Shown here piece by piece: positions 61,801 to 64,000 of a DNA stretch of 64,000 nt. The notes beneath the pieces are model-generated. The model saw only the letters and a program-made list of their open reading frames with translations, was not told the origin of the DNA and made no database searches. A program made the position numbers and the translations under genes. Numbering within the stretch: the stretch's first letter is position 1; every line of letters begins with the position of its first letter. Source of the DNA: Candidatus Pacearchaeota archaeon. Lineage in GTDB: Archaea; Nanobdellota; Nanobdellia; Pacearchaeales; GW2011-AR1. The stretch lies in contig JBNLCO010000006.1 of assembly GCA_050303855.1 (NCBI GenBank), forward strand, positions 1,820-65,819. Reading direction: 5' to 3'.

Positions 61801-63908
61801 TTAGAAATACCCGAGTTAGATAAAGAATAGTCATCTTCACACATATCTAAAGGTTTAATTGAATCAGGATAGCTCTCAATAAATTCTTGACAAAGTTGTT
61901 TCAAAGCCTTATTTTGATTGATCCTTTTAGAAAGATTAATAGCCTGATACAAAGCTCTCTCACCATAAGTATCATCTGCCCCATCAATACTTAACCCTCC
62001 AAAACTATTCAAAACAGTTTCAAAATCAGTTATAGCTTTATCATAATATTGTTTATACAACTCGTTTGAATTTGAATTAAATACAAGTTTGTTTAAAACA
62101 AGTTTATTCTCATTAACTAAAACACTTCCTGAAACAACTCCTTCAAAAAAGTCTCCTGAAACGCTGTTATCTACCTTTGATAAAATATACTCAGAACAAG
62201 ACTGATGTAAAGAACAATCCTTTCCATAAAATTCTCCCACACCTAAAATCTCCGTCACAGTGTTCTTTCTCAAAATAAATTTAGGAGATCCACTCTCACT
62301 AGCAGTAAAATAATAACCTGTATCTTCTCCATCCTTGTAAACTTTGTAAACTTGTTTAGGCAAAATCCCTCCAACATCTAAATTAGCTTTCTGTAAATCA
62401 TAAGATTCCGGAACAACCTCAACAACCCCATTATCTTCTCCTTCAGAAAAACCACTTAAGGAAACTTTTTCTCCTTCAAAATCATATTGAGGGGAAACAA
62501 CATTTGTCTTAAAATCAACTTTTTGTATATTTTGTCCGCTAACAGTCCATTTGGCAAGAGTAACTGAAGCCCCTGAGAATTTCTTTAGAATTTCGGCCCC
62601 AATATCAAAAACCGCTGCTCCTGAACCTTCAGTATCCGAAAACAACAGATTCATTTGTATTGCAATACTTGAAATTTCATCCTCTGTTAACTTAGTTTTC
62701 TCTTCAGGTAAAGAAACCAAAACGGCATATAAATTTTCAACATCTGTTGATCCACCCTTAGAACTAATATAACCCAAATAAACACCTCTTCCATTGTTAG
62801 AATAAAGATAATCTCCAACAGAATAATCTTTAGCAATTCCATCAATAGAGATTCTCACTCTAGGGGACAAAAATAAATTAAAACTAGAACTGCCATCATC
62901 TTCCTTACACCTAATACTAACTTTCTGATTCAAACCATTCTTGTCCAAATCTGTTACAGTACACTTACTTTCTAAGAAATCACCATTATCATTAATTTCA
63001 ACATGATCTGTATTAATCAACAACTCTGCTCTAGTATCTGGATCTTCAACACCATTAAGTTTCAACTTCATTGAAGCCAAACAAGGGCTAAAACCAGGAA
63101 TATAAATCGAACCAGAAGTTTCACCTCCATTCAATCTAACTTGAGTAACTCTTTGCTTTCCAGAGTTTCCAAAACTAGCAGATCCAGAAGAAACATCAGA
63201 ATAAAGAGATATACTGGCATCATCCGTGCCAACACTATCAGCCCTAAGGTACCCTCTACCTTCCCAAAAACTATACTGATTTATATTGTTAAAATAATCC
63301 TCATCATTCAAAACAGGAAGATAAAATTCAGCCTGACCAACGCCAAATGCATTCTTAACATCATAATTAATCTTGGCTGTTAGATTTCCAGAAACAAAAT
63401 CAGGCATAGAACTTTCATTAGGGTTTTGTCTAAGGGTTATAGCAACATAACCCAAATTATTCAAAGCAGGATCAGTAAGAGTTTCATCAAAATCATAATA
63501 ACCCAAAGCAGACTGGGAAGGGAAATAACCAATACTCTTTATTTCTCTAGGATACTCCCCAACAATGTTTAGAGTGTTTATAGCTTGAACATCAATCAAA
63601 GGATTTATTTGTGTAGCTCCAATTTTACACAAAACAGTAACATCTTGTTCTTCAAGAAGATCACTCCTCACAACTGCAGGCTCACATTCAAAAGGTTGTA
63701 TTTGTAAAAGAAAATCTGTTCCAGCAGAACATAATTCGCTATCAAAACCTTGCTGAGTAAAACTTGCAAAACTTCCCCCAACACCTCCAGCATTGTTATA
63801 CAAAGAATAACTAGGAGTAGAAACGCTATAAGCCTCTATCCCTCCCAAAAGAAGAGTCCCCAATATCAAAACAAAAATACCTACAACAAAAAACTTATTC
63901 TTAATCAT
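55833..63908 (-). CDS. Giant (2691 aa) secreted multidomain protein
   Basis: N-terminal signal peptide; Cys-rich core; NlpC/P60-like segment; three Cys repeats; C-terminal ankyrin repeats (GWTPLIYAS..GHLDLVKYLVENGAD). Confidence 0.85.
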   Translation of the reverse strand: MIKNKFFVVGIFVLILGTLLLGGIEAYSVSTPSYSLYNNAGGVGGSFASFTQQGFDSELCSAGTDFLLQIQPFECEPAVVRSDLLEEQDVTVLCKIGATQINPLIDVQAINTLNIVGEYPREIKSIGYFPSQSALGYYDFDETLTDPALNNLGYVAITLRQNPNESSMPDFVSGNLTAKINYDVKNAFGVGQAEFYLPVLNDEDYFNNINQYSFWEGRGYLRADSVGTDDASISLYSDVSSGSASFGNSGKQRVTQVRLNGGETSGSIYIPGFSPCLASMKLKLNGVEDPDTRAELLINTDHVEINDNGDFLESKCTVTDLDKNGLNQKVSIRCKEDDGSSSFNLFLSPRVRISIDGIAKDYSVGDYLYSNNGRGVYLGYISSKGGSTDVENLYAVLVSLPEEKTKLTEDEISSIAIQMNLLFSDTEGSGAAVFDIGAEILKKFSGASVTLAKWTVSGQNIQKVDFKTNVVSPQYDFEGEKVSLSGFSEGEDNGVVEVVPESYDLQKANLDVGGILPKQVYKVYKDGEDTGYYFTASESGSPKFILRKNTVTEILGVGEFYGKDCSLHQSCSEYILSKVDNSVSGDFFEGVVSGSVLVNENKLVLNKLVFNSNSNELYKQYYDKAITDFETVLNSFGGLSIDGADDTYGERALYQAINLSKRINQNKALKQLCQEFIESYPDSIKPLDMCEDDYSLSNSGISNRDVLVNGEIKTISFEGIKEPTYQEYGAEVLIRSSDGKIQTYQLRKDKVVYLNLKDNASGSEYIKLDSVDEDSARVTVYVSGENLANQLFSLNSYTFDIDETRGIGGGYSLTLTDTNIEKVARVSVVPSFNYQNSESEFGFNIGIEKRSIQLSDEQIENRVDSLSNAISDLEKASNALNTFNEASAKVCLATGAVLTAKNFLANSDGKSIARQKVMRSSGGWNDFCASEVSKGNYISLDDCFLENSDEIDSQVDEVFNTIQTQNERIKQLEADSLQTGTLTNKVVDQQEFMKDYSQIGSDSLVGLGNTFVDPTGKNEPLEIDEIKNLLSYQGWESGIYSIDDLKDIELYATLVKSTNDAESKKSYSQTLYSLLYDVQNNAGNFVERTSFFDKYSLEGHQGGFISSDDKIKRIQVSDLKTWADVESSYPGGMSVVLLPNSIIFPGNPADYLIADNELVYPVVDIATNREYLLVLNDDYIVTRTFQLNPLNGQLVMVNDKVNPLSLAFDKYDEGSYENSYKNPEVRYYEEDPYKGYPAIVPLDTNDGWYAATKPKLPVGSQITAYDASGRLNSFWLCNVGSNGLEEFSSSGLGDDICQQINVGVPGTVYNQFAGLSESKTTRLVTDAVDSIEKAQRAYKNGVNSVRINGQNYKVGEPAVETPAVQCQDFMSPKECNLLFNVCDPVVCPSSRCDFGGAYPVKDVVQTGIVGSIALCAPNYKEGIKVPVCTTGVQAGLDSWISVQESYRDCLQENLESGETIGVCDEIHSVYACEFFWRQSIPLAKVAVPKLIGLISGENTRGGGEYLGLQSAWDNAKDSLDYFKQYYASESYNAFKVRSVDEAGTAVCKSYVSTVYPSSAELLDSLTTPRSPPQFTGSFDEIPFTTATNPPTSQYKVYYHIYSGQDSGAYYRVYLKGGSGSFYQDSALNRVVDSGYVSVGDYASDTVDFTAPSGYTQLCIVVNNQEECGFGKVSTSFAVNYVNDLYLQEQTTSGVTTEEECVSGSASLYSLLNPNLQDVAEGLINPELYQKGITRVCATNSPGIGTDAKDGTENARWRKVGYCTDTNVGCWLDTDSVKDAIKSLDVENSVLNDTAQSYLDDLVNSGDYVNNQNYSQTLRDVKKESDSSKKIEIINNILDKVFFSNQKAELYFLRGLAYGDLSGLEFGKIEQIKTNSVDLGTIVDDQGNVCILPQVPSDISSIDDARQRVLKAAEKLDGGLAFSGDYACYSAAVYVYQYAGVSAVPSYADKSGATYTLKDSNSKVTIGVDKTSQGSVIFQVGTGYNKIGEDNYDTKLASLQPGDQLDIVWASKLPHSVIFISWINPATNEETTSVTGYARIFDWNGADLKIDEKDENGLVCGEDNKYVRTLNKGKVNEEQYCNTYRYTNLYLTSDVHPVYLYRSPQLSGTTISTGTGGTGVSSVLAKFSSGYSSPDIEFQDGTSYRNVHYKFQEGGWYWFNPKDNFWYSVSDSIEGKAVSLEVNRQIITSLQERNGNYIEGLGVIINNVLSFSGGVLFGRINFISSSPDLKTENVNLNSEGIFKVDLSFNEQPYYFRFKEGVWEFNPTRGIDPRYWFDVSDVSFNKAASQVLVSGEAKVVGSIPSDPIQSVTVSLVDKTYFEGAALLYDLSDNSIIESTQDVDSQKLDSWESENLGSTDLGRFTSKQISILYDAPSCVYCESYPDDCDSNLCAVIGKKLGASCQYYAKGADISDTPIYNCRAGEGYTDRELRSIYEATQCNDCGSGLGNFCGETECLDIGERIGKTCEYGFLSCKEAQPAQDDTSDIPNWNTLSAEQRDVYSSATQCSDCITSISSTSGTSNYCDANLCASIGYKLGKNCVQEPGLTKTCIEGIGLDNLDQQLVDALYRGLDDNNRAEIMSLIEQGADINVKDDDGWTPLIYASRLGHLDLVKYLVENGADVSVKDGIEGWTALIHASIKGDVDIVKYLVENGAEVNTQSDSGETALDRAVQLNNVDVVSYLQSKGAKSGSEL

Positions 63909-64000
63909 CTAAGTAAAACCTCCAAACTTTTACTATCAAATAAAACATAGTTTTGCTGAAGTTGATTAAGTGAATTTGGCTCTGGAAGGCTAGTTGCACC
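63905..64000 (-). CDS. 3' end of upstream gene (partial)
   Basis: Open frame GATSLPEPNSLNQLQQNYVLFDSKSLEVLLR*, with ATGA overlap onto the giant gene start. Confidence 0.5.
   Translation of the reverse strand, partial: GATSLPEPNSLNQLQQNYVLFDSKSLEVLLR

Overview
An AT-rich, gene-dense window from a reduced archaeal genome, most likely DPANN (Pacearchaeota/Woesearchaeota-like). The archaeal assignment rests on TBP, TFB, TFE, eL15, eS8, eS17, GatDE, EndA, Sm/Lsm and mostly leaderless genes with a TATA box about 25 nt upstream. Several genes look bacterial-type (MetRS, LeuRS, short AlaRS, MnmA, SodA, DisA). The window is dominated by tRNA biology: 7 aminoacyl-tRNA synthetases, GatD/GatE, EndA, RNase Z, MnmA and 7 tRNA genes, two of which carry BHB introns (one has two). 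Main observations: (1) Three free-standing intein-type LAGLIDADG endonuclease genes each abut or overlap a tRNA gene. Both intron-containing tRNAs are among these, and the third has an atypical anticodon loop, which suggests a tRNA-targeted or collaborative homing system. (2) A half-size deoxyhypusine-hydroxylase-like HEAT protein occurs in the same window as deoxyhypusine synthase. (3) A 53-aa KKKxx-repeat H1-like protein, a 26-aa polyacidic peptide, a SET methyltransferase and a KKKxx-tailed TFE may form a chromatin module. (4) Two unannotated structured intergenic RNAs. (5) A 2691-aa secreted protein with NlpC/P60-like, Cys-rich and ankyrin modules. All assignments come from reading motifs by eye; no searches were run.
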